DNA of 64,000 nucleotides from Antechinus flavipes (Eukaryota): positions 613,800,001-613,864,000 of the forward strand of contig NC_067400.1 in assembly GCF_016432865.1 (NCBI RefSeq), written 5' to 3'. The position numbers and the translations under genes are program-made. The notes under the pieces are model-generated. The model did no database searches. It had not been told where the DNA came from and worked only from the letters and a program-made list of their open reading frames with translations. Positions 1 to 34,500 of this stretch are shown here, piece after piece. Within the stretch, counting starts at the first letter, position 1. Each line of letters starts with the position of its first letter.

Positions 1-339
1 TTCCTGGGTGGGGGGATACTGCCCGGGATCAATCCGAGGAGTGCCTCAGACCCCTCCCACGGAGCTCTTAGAATCTCAGCCCTGGAGGGAACCTCAGAGA
101 CCATTCTGCCCAGCAAGTAGCCTGCTCTAACTAGTGGGTAATGGGGAGCCCACTGCCCCGGCCCCTTCCTCCTTGGGGGAGCCAGGAAACTCATAGGATC
201 CCAGACCTGCAGTTGGCAGGGTCGCGGGAGACTGACCCGGTCCAGCCTTCATTTAACAGAGGAGGGAACAGGCTTGGAGAAACTGACTTACCTGAGGTCA
301 TATCGTTGGTGGAGCCTGGATTCAAATTCACACTCATGA

Positions 340-5711
<5,372 letters not shown>

Positions 5712-5817
5712 ATGTACAGCCCTGGCCTGTGGGTGCTGCCCCCATGGGGCGCAGAGGCCCGGACAGGGACTGACGCTATGTATTTATTGGGGAGGGGGGT
5801 GGGAGGGGAAAGTGGCT

Positions 5818-5823
5818 AATATA
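5818..5823 (+). terminator. Probable MAP3K10 polyadenylation signal (variant AATATA)
   Basis: No AATAAA on + between the MAP3K10 and TTC9B stops. AATATA is followed by a GT-rich downstream element. Confidence 0.45.
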
Positions 5824-6031
5824 AGTTCCTTGTCTTGTACTCTGCTGTCTGCTGTTGGGGCCTGGCTCTGGGGAGGGGGCCGGCACTCCTGGAGCCTTTC
5901 CTACTGTGGGGGGAGGGACCCATAAGCCCAGATCCCCCCGGTCCCTGCTCCTCTGGCACCCCGTTTGGCGCATGGCCCCAGGTCACCCAGGTAACGGACA
6001 CCAAAGGCTCTGCCCCATTTACTTTTGAACA

Positions 6032-6037
6032 TTTATT
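6032..6037 (-). terminator. TTC9B polyadenylation signal AATAAA
   Basis: TTTATT on +, about 160 nt past the stop. A second copy lies at 5783-5788. Confidence 0.6.
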
Positions 6038-6197
6038 ATCTTGGGACCCTCCCCACAATCCCCCGCGGCGGGCGCAGCCCCCTCATTGCAGGGGCGGATA
6101 AACAAAAGCTGCCCACAGGCAGGGGCAGCTCCGCCCTCCCCCCTCTCCTCCGGCCGGAGTCCGGAGCCTGCATGCGAGGCGGGCCTGGGGAGGGGGC

Positions 6198-8228
<2,031 letters not shown>

Positions 8229-8763
8229 TGTGGGAAACTCGCGGCACTAAAGCCGCCGCATCACCAACTGTGGGGAGCCCATCCCCACCCTAGACGCCGC
8301 CGTCACGGGCTCGGGCCACTCCTGCGGGGCTGGGGAATCTTTTCTCAACGCCTCCCTCTACCTCGAATGCACCACTCCCAATTAAGACCCAAATCCCGAT
8401 TTTCTCGCTTCCGTCCTCCCATCCCCCCTCTCTCCCCCAAGGAGCGGCAATCCCAGCAGCCCAGAGTTTTGGACCTCGGATTTTGGAAGAGGAAAAGCAG
8501 CAGCAGATTTTCCTAGGCCCTTTTCCGAGGCCCCGGGCATCCCTTTAAACAGGGCTCGCTCCCCCTGCCGGCCTCCTAGTAGGGCTGCAAGGGGAGCGGG
8601 TGGGGAAATCGGCAAAAACCCCAGGGACGCTCCGCCTCCGCTCCCCTCGTCCCCCGGGAGCTTACGTCCTTCTCGACACATTTCTTGCTAGACGGAGCTA
8701 AGGTCGAGGAGAAAATGGACGCGACAAAAAGGGAGGGAGAAGTCAGAATTTAAAAACCACGTT

Positions 8764-8769
8764 TTTATT
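8764..8769 (-). terminator. CCNP polyadenylation signal AATAAA
   Basis: TTTATT on +, about 57 nt downstream of the TAA. Confidence 0.7.
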
Positions 8770-8825
8770 AAAAGGGCAGATACACAGACGTACAGTTTTG
8801 GTTTTTTGGTGTTTTTTTTTTTTTT

Positions 8826-10994
<2,169 letters not shown>

Positions 10995-11039
10995 CCTGGC
11001 CGCGCACGGAGCCGCAGAGCTGCGGGCTGGGGAAGGGCT

Positions 11040-11350
11040 TTGGGCTGGGCCTTTTAATGGGGGCGGGGGACCTACCTTCTTCTAGCTCGCCCCCTTGAAA
11101 ATTCCCGGGAAGCGGGACCATTGGTCCCGAGGCAATCCGCCCCGCCCCATTGGGCTCCCTACAGCTACGACTCTGATTGGTCGCAGCGGGAGGCAAGGGC
11201 GTCGCTCTATTTAGCACTTACGTAATCCCTCGAAGGGTGCCCGCGATTGGCTCCCGTGGAGAGCGCGGTCCTGATTGGTCGTGCCAGATTCAGGCCGGTG
11301 GCTGCCGGGGCCCCGGGGTGTTCAGGTGAAATCGTTGCTGCTTGGTTACA
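11040..11350 (-). promoter_or_regulatory. CCNP promoter with five CCAAT boxes
   Basis: ATTGG at 11120, 11148, 11176, 11246 and 11274 (CCAAT on the gene strand), a GC box, and CHR-like CTTGAA at 11094-11099. Confidence 0.7.
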
Positions 11351-11569
11351 CGCTAACGAAGCCGAAGCCCTGCCTCGTTTGGTTTCTCCAAATGGCCGGA
11401 CCTCTGGGTACGAACGGCTGACTAGAAGCGCCCTAAGTGCATAGAGCACTGGTCCTGGAGTCTGGAGAATAACTTCGCGAGTTCGAATCCGAACTCAGGC
11501 TACTTGTCTAATCCTCGGCAAGTCAATTCATCTGTTTGTCTGTTTCCTTAGGAGTAAAACGCCAATTTT

Positions 11570-11790
11570 TTAATTTTATTTTTGTTGTTTGGTCGTTTTT
11601 CGGTCGTGTGGGATACATCCTAACACCAATTAAGGTTTTCTTGGGAAAGAAAGTGGTTTGCCATTTCCTTCTCCAGATCATTTCATTGATGGGGAAACTG
11701 AGGCAAACAGGGTCAAATGACTTGCTCAGGGTCACATAGCTAATATCTGAGGCAGGATTTGAATTCAGCTCTTGCTGTCACCCAGCCGGG
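11570..11790 (-). mobile_element. MAR1/MIR-type SINE
   Basis: RTE-like tail (gttttcttgg...gtttgccatttccttctcc) joined to a CORE (gaaactgaggca...tgacttgctcagggtcacatagcta). Confidence 0.7.
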
Positions 11791-13239
11791 TTCCCATTGT
11801 GGAGGAAAGTGTGAAGGACCATGCTAAGTCCTCCTAGTGCCAAGGGTTTGAAGTCCCTGCAATCTCTTTAGGCCTTGGATTCGTCAGTTGAATGGAGGTT
11901 TCCATAGAATTGTGAACATTCAGAAGATTTCCTGGGAATGGGAAGATAGAATCCTGCAGTCCCTTTTCTCAAGGAGTTTGCTTTTATTGTCCAGATAACG
12001 TGTATCCATCCCTTCTTCCCAGTCATCGCTCAGTTCAGGCCCTGGAGCCTGCTCACACTGACTACTCCCATGATCCTTGGGCCTCTCTTCCCTCTCTCCC
12101 ACTCCCATCATCTTCCAAAGAGCTGCGAAGTAATCTTCCATGGCGCTGCCCATTGCCTCTAGAACTAGCTTTCAAAGCCCCTTTTAACTTCAGCACCTGG
12201 CTCCCTGGCCCACCCGCCCAGGTCCCTCCCATGCTCTCCATTTGCTTCTCCTGGATTCCTGCAATTGGCCCCTTCTTCCGCGATCTCTGCCCCCTCCCCC
12301 AACACAGATTTCCCCTATTTCTTCAAACCTGAACCTGGATTCCCTGATCCCTCCAATTGCTGGCATCCTTCCCCCTCACTACTTTTCTATTTTGTAGGCT
12401 ACATATGCTTAAATGTGCAGGAGTTCCCTCCAAAGAATGGAAGCTACGAAAGGGCATGTAGCACACAGTAGGGGCCTAATAAATGCTTGCTATTTGATAG
12501 ATCTCTGAGTACCACGCAGTGGGAGAGTGTTTGCAGGTGAGGCAAAGTGCTGACAGCTGGAGGCCTGGACTCCGGAGTCCTCTTTCCTCCTAAGTGAGAG
12601 CTGCCACTGTTAACCGTCCCAACCTCACCTGGCAACAGGTGAGCCGATCGGAGGTGGCCAAAGCACTTGTGGGGCGGGTTAAGCAAATGTGAGGGACTTC
12701 CTTAGACTGTGGAGAGGGGACGTGCGCCCACAGCCCCCAGGGCTGCCCAAACAGGTGCCCAGTGCCCATTGGAGTCCAGGATTATCCCAAACTTCCTTCC
12801 CTTCTCCAAGGGGTCGGAAGACTCCAATCTGGAATGGCCCGAGGAGCCCATCTGCTCTATCACCCTTAGCTGAGGGGTCTGTAAGTGGTCCCTTGTCCAG
12901 GGTCACAGGGCTGGCACCCGGCTCAGGCGCCCTGGGCGAGCGTGGCCCAGACCCAGCGGGGAGCCAGGGCAGGCCAGCTCCAAAGGCCCAGGGCCAGGTC
13001 TGATCACAGGAATCATGAGAGAAGGCTCAGCTACATTACTCCTACTTGGACCTCTTTCCTCTACTTTAAATGGAGTCCCAGTGATCTCAGCAGCGAGCCC
13101 CGGCAACCCCCTCACTTCTTGTGCAGCATCCCGGAAATCGGGGCTTGGCCAGTGCTCAGGGACACATTGCCTCCCCATCATCGGGATGGGACTTGGACAA
13201 AGGGCTGGGGGGAATGTTGTCTGCCGAGTCATCAAGGTC

Positions 13240-14000
13240 AAGAGGGACTTGATAATCTGATCACCGCACGTGCAACCGTGTAGCCGCCCCTTGTATAGCG
13301 GCAAAGAACTGGAAACTGAGCAGGTGGATGCCCATCAGCTGGGCAACGGCTGAATAAGTTGACGTGTGTGGATGTAACATGATTGTTGTTCTATAAGAAA
13401 TGAGGGGGGCAGCTAAGGGGCGCAGTGGATAGAGCACCAGCCCTGAAGTCAGGAAGACCTGAGTTCAAATCTGCTTTCAGACATGTAACACTTCCTGGCT
13501 GTGTGATCCTGGGCAAGTCACTTAACCCCAACTGCATTAAAAAAAAAAAAAAAAAGAGCAGGCTGATTTAAGAAAAGTGAAATGAGCAGAACCGAGAACA
13601 CTGTGCACTGTATCAATTCTGATGGATGTGGCTCTTTTCAACAATGAAGTGATTTAAGGCAATTTCAAGAGACTTCTGATAGAAGGGTATATATATAGGG
13701 ACAAATGCATCCAGAGAGAAAACTGTGGAGACTGAATATGGATCAAAGCACCGTATTTTTATCTATTTTTTCCCCCTCTTGAGTTGATTTTTTTTTTTTT
13801 TTTTTTGGTACAGCATGACGAATATGGAAATATGTTTAGGAGAACTGCACATGTTTAACCATATCAGATTGCTTGCTGTCTTAAGGAGAGAGGAAGGGGA
13901 AGAAAAGGGAGAAAAATCTGGAACAGAAGGTTTTGCAAAGATGAATGATGAAAGCTCTCTTTGCATGTATTTGGAAAAATAAGCTACTGTTAAAAAAAAT
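13240..14000 (+). mobile_element. Decayed LINE-1 3' end (marsupial type)
   Basis: gcaaagaactggaaact...gatgcccatc ORF2 tail, then aagtgaaatgagcagaacc and 3'UTR-like sequence ending in an A-run. Confidence 0.75.
13405..13556 (+). mobile_element. WSINE1-type CORE SINE nested in an L1 3' end
   Basis: ggggcagcta...gcagtggatagagcaccagccctgaagtcaggaagacctgagttcaaat (A/B boxes), CORE tgtgatcctgggcaagtcacttaacc and a poly(A) tail. Confidence 0.85.
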
Positions 14001-15125
14001 TGTCAAGATCACATTTTGAAATTCAATGTAAAGGCACACATTGGCTCAAAAAGTCAATTCCCCAAGTATCGAAGGGGGGAGGTAATAGCAAGACAGCAGG
14101 TTTTCTGAAAAAGATTTGGGGGTTTGAGTGGATTATAAATGCAGTGTTAAAGAACCCAAGGAAGCAAACAGGCTGCCTCGAGCCTAACAGGTTTAGTTTC
14201 AAGGCAAGAAGCCTTTAAATGTTATTAAAGTGGGGAGGGGGGGGCAATAAAGAGAAGGCTGGGCTTAGAATCAGTAAGACCCAAGTCCAAGATACTAAGT
14301 TGCAAGACCTTAGGCAAGCCATTTGTTCAAGTTTTGTCAACTATAAAATGGGGAGCAGGGTTGTGGCGAGGGTTGAGTTCGAAAAGTGCCCAGCACTGAT
14401 AGGTGCTTTATAAATAAGCCTCCTCCTCTTACTGCTCCCCACGTGCTCACTGCACCAAGACAAGATACAAAGGGGGCCACGTGGGAATGGTCCCTTGACC
14501 TCAAAGGGGCAGACTGAGGCCAGAAATCAGACAAAGCTTCCCAGCCAGACTATCCCACAGGGGGATGCTGCACGGCCTGGTGAGGCCCTCAGAAGAAAGG
14601 TGGGACGGTACCTGCCAAGGACACTGCAGGTGACAGGCCTCGTTCAGTCTCCGAGGCCCCTTCAAAACCCCGATCTTGCCCTATCTCTCCATGGCAAGTC
14701 AGTAGAGAACAACCCTCCGATCTGAGGTGCCAGTTCTGCGCGGCATTCGCGGCTGAGACTGGCGTTCTTGCCTCTGTGGCACCCCCCGCCTGCCACATCC
14801 TGCTTGGCAGGACCATCCCGCAGCAGCCTCCACGTCCCCGAGGCTCTCCCCCGATCCTGCTCGGCGGCGGCCCCTTTCCTCCCCTGGGACCCTCTGAACT
14901 TGGGCACTCACTGGCTGACCCGGGGAGGCCGAGGACCAGGATGTCCCAGCCCAGCACCGGGAAGGCCTGCTGAAGCACAGGCCTTGGAGGCCGACGGGAC
15001 TCGGCCGGAGGGACGGGGGGACGGGCTCAGGCAAAGTGGGCCTTCCCAACTGCTATCTCAGGGGTTCTAGATGTAGGGGGATCATCCCTGGGCAGAGACG
15101 GAACCGCTCCATCTGTCAGAAACTT

Positions 15126-15131
15126 TTTAAT
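15126..15131 (-). terminator. Probable AKT2 polyadenylation signal ATTAAA
   Basis: TTTAAT on +, after a U-rich stretch. It implies a 3'UTR of about 2.2 kb. Confidence 0.55.
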
Positions 15132-17313
15132 TGTTTGTACCGTACAAATTCAAGGAGAAAGAAAGTAGCTAAAATGATTTACAGAAACAAACACAAAAAA
15201 TATCCCCACACAAAGCCTCTGCCGTTCCTGGCCTCCGGTCCCCTCCCCTGCATCATGAGGAAAAACAGAACACCCCCAAACTGAAAACACCCCCCACCCA
15301 AGGAGGCAGCCAGGAGGCCCCCGGGAGCTGCAGCAGCCCAGGAAAGTGTCCCTTAGTCCCGGCCCACTCTGCCCACCCCGGGGGCCCAGAGAAGGCCCAT
15401 CCCTAACAGACACATACATATGTATATGGACGCACACCCAGGGGCCGAGACCCCAGGAGCCGCCGCCCGGCCCGGCCCTCCCTGCTGCCAGCTCCAGAAC
15501 GCGGCAGAAGGGCCTGGGGGAGACCGGGACATCCCCCCACCCGGAGCACGAGGAAACGCCCGGGGAGGCACGGGGCCAAGCCCCTTGGGACTCCGGGCTC
15601 TGCAGGGGCACTGCCAGCCGGGCCCATCTTAAGGCTCTTCTAGCACCCCGGGGACACAGGCCTCGGGAGGTGCAGAAAGGGAAATGGGGCCGAAGCCCCT
15701 CGTCCACATCCACCCCAGCGAGGATAGCAATGGACCGAGAACTTTGACCTAATGTCCCCATCGCCCCCTAACTCTAAGGGGGAACACTGGGGGTCCAGGG
15801 GCCTGAACACTGATGCTTAAGTAATCTGTAACAGTTCTGAACCCCCACCTCAGTCCTTGGGGACGTGGGGTGGGGTGAGTGCCCCGAGCCTGACCCAAAG
15901 CAGGGGCCCCAGGTCACAAGGCCCTCCTGACCTGGCCCTTCCCACCTTGGATCTGGATTTGGGGTGCAACAACTACCTCCTATTATAGCTGTAACCCAAA
16001 GCCTTCCATGAGGGCTGAAGTGGAACCCCCAGGAGTCCGGCCCTGGGGCACCCCAGTCAGCTGAAGCTCTGGCCCAGCCAGCAGCTTGGGGGGAGACTGA
16101 GGAAAGGGGATGGGGCCTGGGACCAACAGAAGATGCCCCAGACAAGCCCCAGGAGGGAGAGATGAAGATACTGAAAGAGAGGAAAGCAAGCTAAAATGGG
16201 GGGCGGGGGGGATATGACAGGCTGTACCAGAGCCTTCACCCCCCCAGAAGCCAAAGTCCCCCAGGCCTCCAATCCCTGATGTTCCCTGGTCTTGACCTTT
16301 CACTCTGGGGAGGCTGTGACATTATCCAGATAAGGCACTGGGACAGAGGGTCCCCAGTTCCCAGTGGGGGATGGGACCCCAACCAGGGTGGACAGGAGGC
16401 TACGTCCAGGAAAGGGGCAAGGGCAGGGGAACACGAGTGTGCCCCACTTCCCTGCACACATGCTAAGGCAGGTCCCCACACCTCCCTGCTCCGTGGCCCC
16501 GGGGTCCCCCCCAAACTCACCCAGGCGGGCCCCGTTCCCCCGTTGGCCAGCCCGGGATGCCCACGGCTGATGCCAGCGGGGGGTGAAGGGGTGAGCCCCC
16601 CAGCTAGTCTCATCCAGTGAGGAAGAGACTGGAGACCCCCCCGACCCCGTCCTTGTGCCGGCCGCGTCAGAGGTGGCCTTGGCTGCGGGCCCCTCGCGGG
16701 CAGGAGCAGGCACCCCGGCTCTGGGGCACCTGGCTTTAAGGCTGGTTGGGTACAAGACATTATTGCTTTAGTAGCTGCCTGCCCGTCGCTGGCAAGGGGG
16801 CCACAGCCGGGCATCCTCCGGGCTCCCCGCGAGGTCTGAGGGCGGAGCCGGGCGGGGACGGAGGCCCGAGGAGGGGCCGGCGCTGCTCGGTCCAGAGGAA
16901 GGGCCCCGCGCCCCCACGAGTCCCGGGCGATCGAAGCTTCCCCCGGAGGGCTGGAAGAGCTCCTGGCTGCCCGGCCCGAGGGACAGGGCCGGCCACGTCT
17001 CCCTAGTGACCGCCGAGGAGAGAGCCAGCCGGGGCACCTGGGAGCTCCCTCAGGCCACAAGGCCGGCAGAGCTGGGCTTCCCCAGCCCTAGGCGCCCTGG
17101 GGGGCTCGCAGCTGCCCTCTCCCCACGGCCGGGGGGGCTAGCGAGTGACCGCCAGGCAAGGAGGACGAAGGCAGGGCCGGCTCCCTCAGGGGCCACACTG
17201 GTGAGGAGAGAAAAGCATGTGTAGGGGGGGGCAGGGGCAAAGGGAGCCGGGGAGGGGGAGGGGCAGGGGGGCCTGTAGCCTCGCAGCCGCCCGCAGGGGC
17301 TCCTCAGGGCAGG

Positions 17314-31523
<14,210 letters not shown>

Positions 31524-34500
31524 TCAGAGGAGAGTGCGCCCGGGAGCCGAGGATGGAGCGGGGTCTGCTGGGGAGAGAGGGCCAGAGGTTCCCATGGAAG
31601 CCTTCCGCCACCCACCTGGGTCCCCGCTTTCGTCCCCCCCAGTGCTCACACAGCCACGCCCCCACACCCAGGCCCCCATAACCCCCCCCCATCTGGATTA
31701 GATCCAAGATTCAGACCTTTCTCCCATGTCCCCGGGACAGGGGGGAATCAGGGCTGCCCCCTCCCCACCCCCATGTCACTCCCTGCCAGACGGCCGGCTC
31801 TCGGCCCTGCAGCGCGGGGCACAAACGCAGGTGTCCCGGCCCCTCAGAACTGGGCCCCGAGAAGAAGAGTTGGAAGGGGGTCTCCTGGGAGCCTGGGGGC
31901 AGGTGGGACAAGGCCGTGCCCTGGGGTGCCCCCGTCAGACAAGGGGAGACCCCCGGCCTCTCTAAAGGCAGGCCGACAGGCTGAGGTAAGCAGGTGAACC
32001 CGACGGCCCGACGCAGGCCGGGCTCCCGAGGGCGGCCCCTGAGAGGCTGCCCCCATCGAGGGGCTCCGGGGAGCACGGGGGCCTGGCTGTGGGGCCCCCG
32101 ACCTGGGGCTCATGGGCACCCCCCCGCCACGTCGAGGGACGCCCGGGCAACTGCCCAATCACTGGCCTGCAGCAGTTCCTGGGCGTGCGGCTAGCAGGCC
32201 TCCGAGGGGCTGCAGCAGAGGGAGAGGGAGCCAGCCAGGGCCAGCTGCCTTCCCCGCCCTGCCCAGAGCTGCTCTGGGAGCGCTGCACCCCGGACCCCTG
32301 GGAGGCCGGACCCAGGGACCCGCGCCAGCGGCTCAAGATAGAGCCTCCCTGCCCGGCTTCCTCACACAGCAGCTGACAAATGCCCAGGCCCGCTGACGCC
32401 AAGGCCTGCTCCTCTCATTCCTGGAGTGGGGGAGAGGCTCAGAACGGGGTCTGCCGGGGGCCGGGGCAGCTGTGCTCCCGACTGTGCCCCCCCGACGTCC
32501 CCCAGCACTTCCCCACACACGTGCTCTCGGGCACCCCCCCCCCCAGCTCAGGGGCAGGAAGCAGAGGAGTTATCCCAGCCCTCCCGTTATCCAGGCCAAG
32601 CAAAGGGCACTTTCCCAGTTCGCCTGAGGACAGGCCGCGGGGCCGCCAGCCGGGAGCCGAGGGAGGGCCGTGAGGGGCAGCGAGCGGCCCCAGAGCTGGA
32701 AACCCTCCGGGCATCATGTTTCTCCCGCACTCTCCGGGGCGAGGGGGGCAGCACATCCCACTCTCCGCCCCGAGGACCTCCAGGGAGGGCAGGAGCCCCG
32801 GACAGGCTGGCCCACAGCCCCCCAGGGGACACGGGAGCCTTTGCCAGGAGCCCCTCAGGGAGGGGCTCCTTATTCCCTCCGTGGCCGAGGTCCTTTCCCA
32901 GCTCCCGAGGGACCCAGGCCCCCCCGCCCCCGTTGACAGGCAGGGTCCCGCAGCTCTCCCGAGAGCCCCCCAGCTTGTCTGCTCTCCAGACCCCGGAGAG
33001 TTTCTGCCACCCGGCCTGGCAAAGCACTCTGGGAAGGTGAATCTGCTCTTTCCAGTTTGGAGATGAGACACTGGCTGCTCCTGGCCCCGGCCCAGCCGAG
33101 AAATGCTGAAACCCGACCTCCCCTGCCCGCAGGCATTCCCAGCTCCCTCTGTGGAGGGGCCGCCCGGGAGGGGGCCTGGGGCACAAGGGAAAGAGCCCTC
33201 CGGCTCCAGGGCCGCTTTCCTTCCCAGGCCGGGAGGACAGCGAGAGGCCCGACACCGACGGCCGCTGGCCTGGGGAGGGGCTCCTCCCCCAAAGGGCTCT
33301 GGGTCCCCAGCAGGCCATGGATCGGGAAAAGCTCCTCTGGGCCAAGGAGGTGACAGCTGGCGGGAAGTGAGGGCGGAGGCCGGGCCGCAGGGGCGTCCGA
33401 GCGGAGGAGCACCCCCTCCCCAACAGCGGAGGTGGGAGGGGCCAGAGCTCGCTGGAAATCTCTCCCCCGTGGGGGCCGACTCCCCCAGGGCGCCGGCTAC
33501 ACTCCCACCTCCCAAGGGCACGGCCTGGGACCGGGAGGACCGACGCCGGCCCGGCGCGCACTTGCCAAGGTCTCCTCTCCTCTGGGAGGCCCGGGCTCCT
33601 GGGACTCCCTCGCGCTGCCAGCCGGAACCTTGGGGTCACCTCCTCCGTGCCCATCTAGGCCCCGGCTCTCCCTGCTGAGCCCGCGGGAGGCAGAGGGCAC
33701 CAGTCATCCCCACCCCAAGCTGGGGCCGGGACCCCCGGGTCTCACACCGCTCCAGGAAGCCCCCACACGGGACAGCCGGCAGCACCGGGCCTGGGGCGGC
33801 CTCCCCCGCTCCCCTCCCCTCCCCGGCAAGGAGGCTCACACTGACGGCGCCGCTTCGCCTCGGTCCGGGGGAAACGACCCCTCCCCCTTCTGCCCCCGCC
33901 TGCCCCGAGCCCCGGTGACCACCCCGGACACTGCTCCCATCTCCTGGAGAAGGCGGCTCTCGCCTCGGGCCTGGGACCGAGCAGTCACAGGAAAAGCAAA
34001 CAAGGCCAGAGGGAAGCAGAACCGCCTGGCAGAGGGGCAGCCGGGAGGCTCCGTGCGGGCGCTGGCGAGGAGGGGGAGCCCAGACCAGCTTCCCCGGGGG
34101 AGGGGAGGGCCCTGGGCCAGGGCATCCCTGCCCCCTGCACGCCCACAGCATTGGCTCCAAGCACAGAACCAGGTTTGGGTCGTGTCTGTGGCCTCGGGCG
34201 GGACCCAAGGCGAGGGAGCCCAGCGAGGGAGCGCGCCGGGGACCTCGGGAAGGGGGCCCACGCCGCCTCGCGGCCTCAGGCCCGGAACAAAGGGGATCCT
34301 CGCCGACTCAGCTGTGACACGCTCTCTGAGGCTCCTGGCCCTGCCGAGCCCTTCCCCGTGATGGAGGCCGGCCTCTGGCCTTCAGATAAGAAAGCCTCCT
34401 GGTTTGGGCTGCAGCCAGGCCGGCCTATGGGGGGCCTCTGGTGATGGGGCAGCGCTCCGTCCAACCGGGCGAGAGGCTGAAGAGTCCTGGGCTCAGCCTG

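Noticed and set aside
13405-13480. tRNA-like A/B boxes (also near 11440, 57236 and 58068)
   Set aside because: These are heads of CORE-SINEs followed by CORE and tail sequence, with no complete cloverleaf. They are not tRNA genes.
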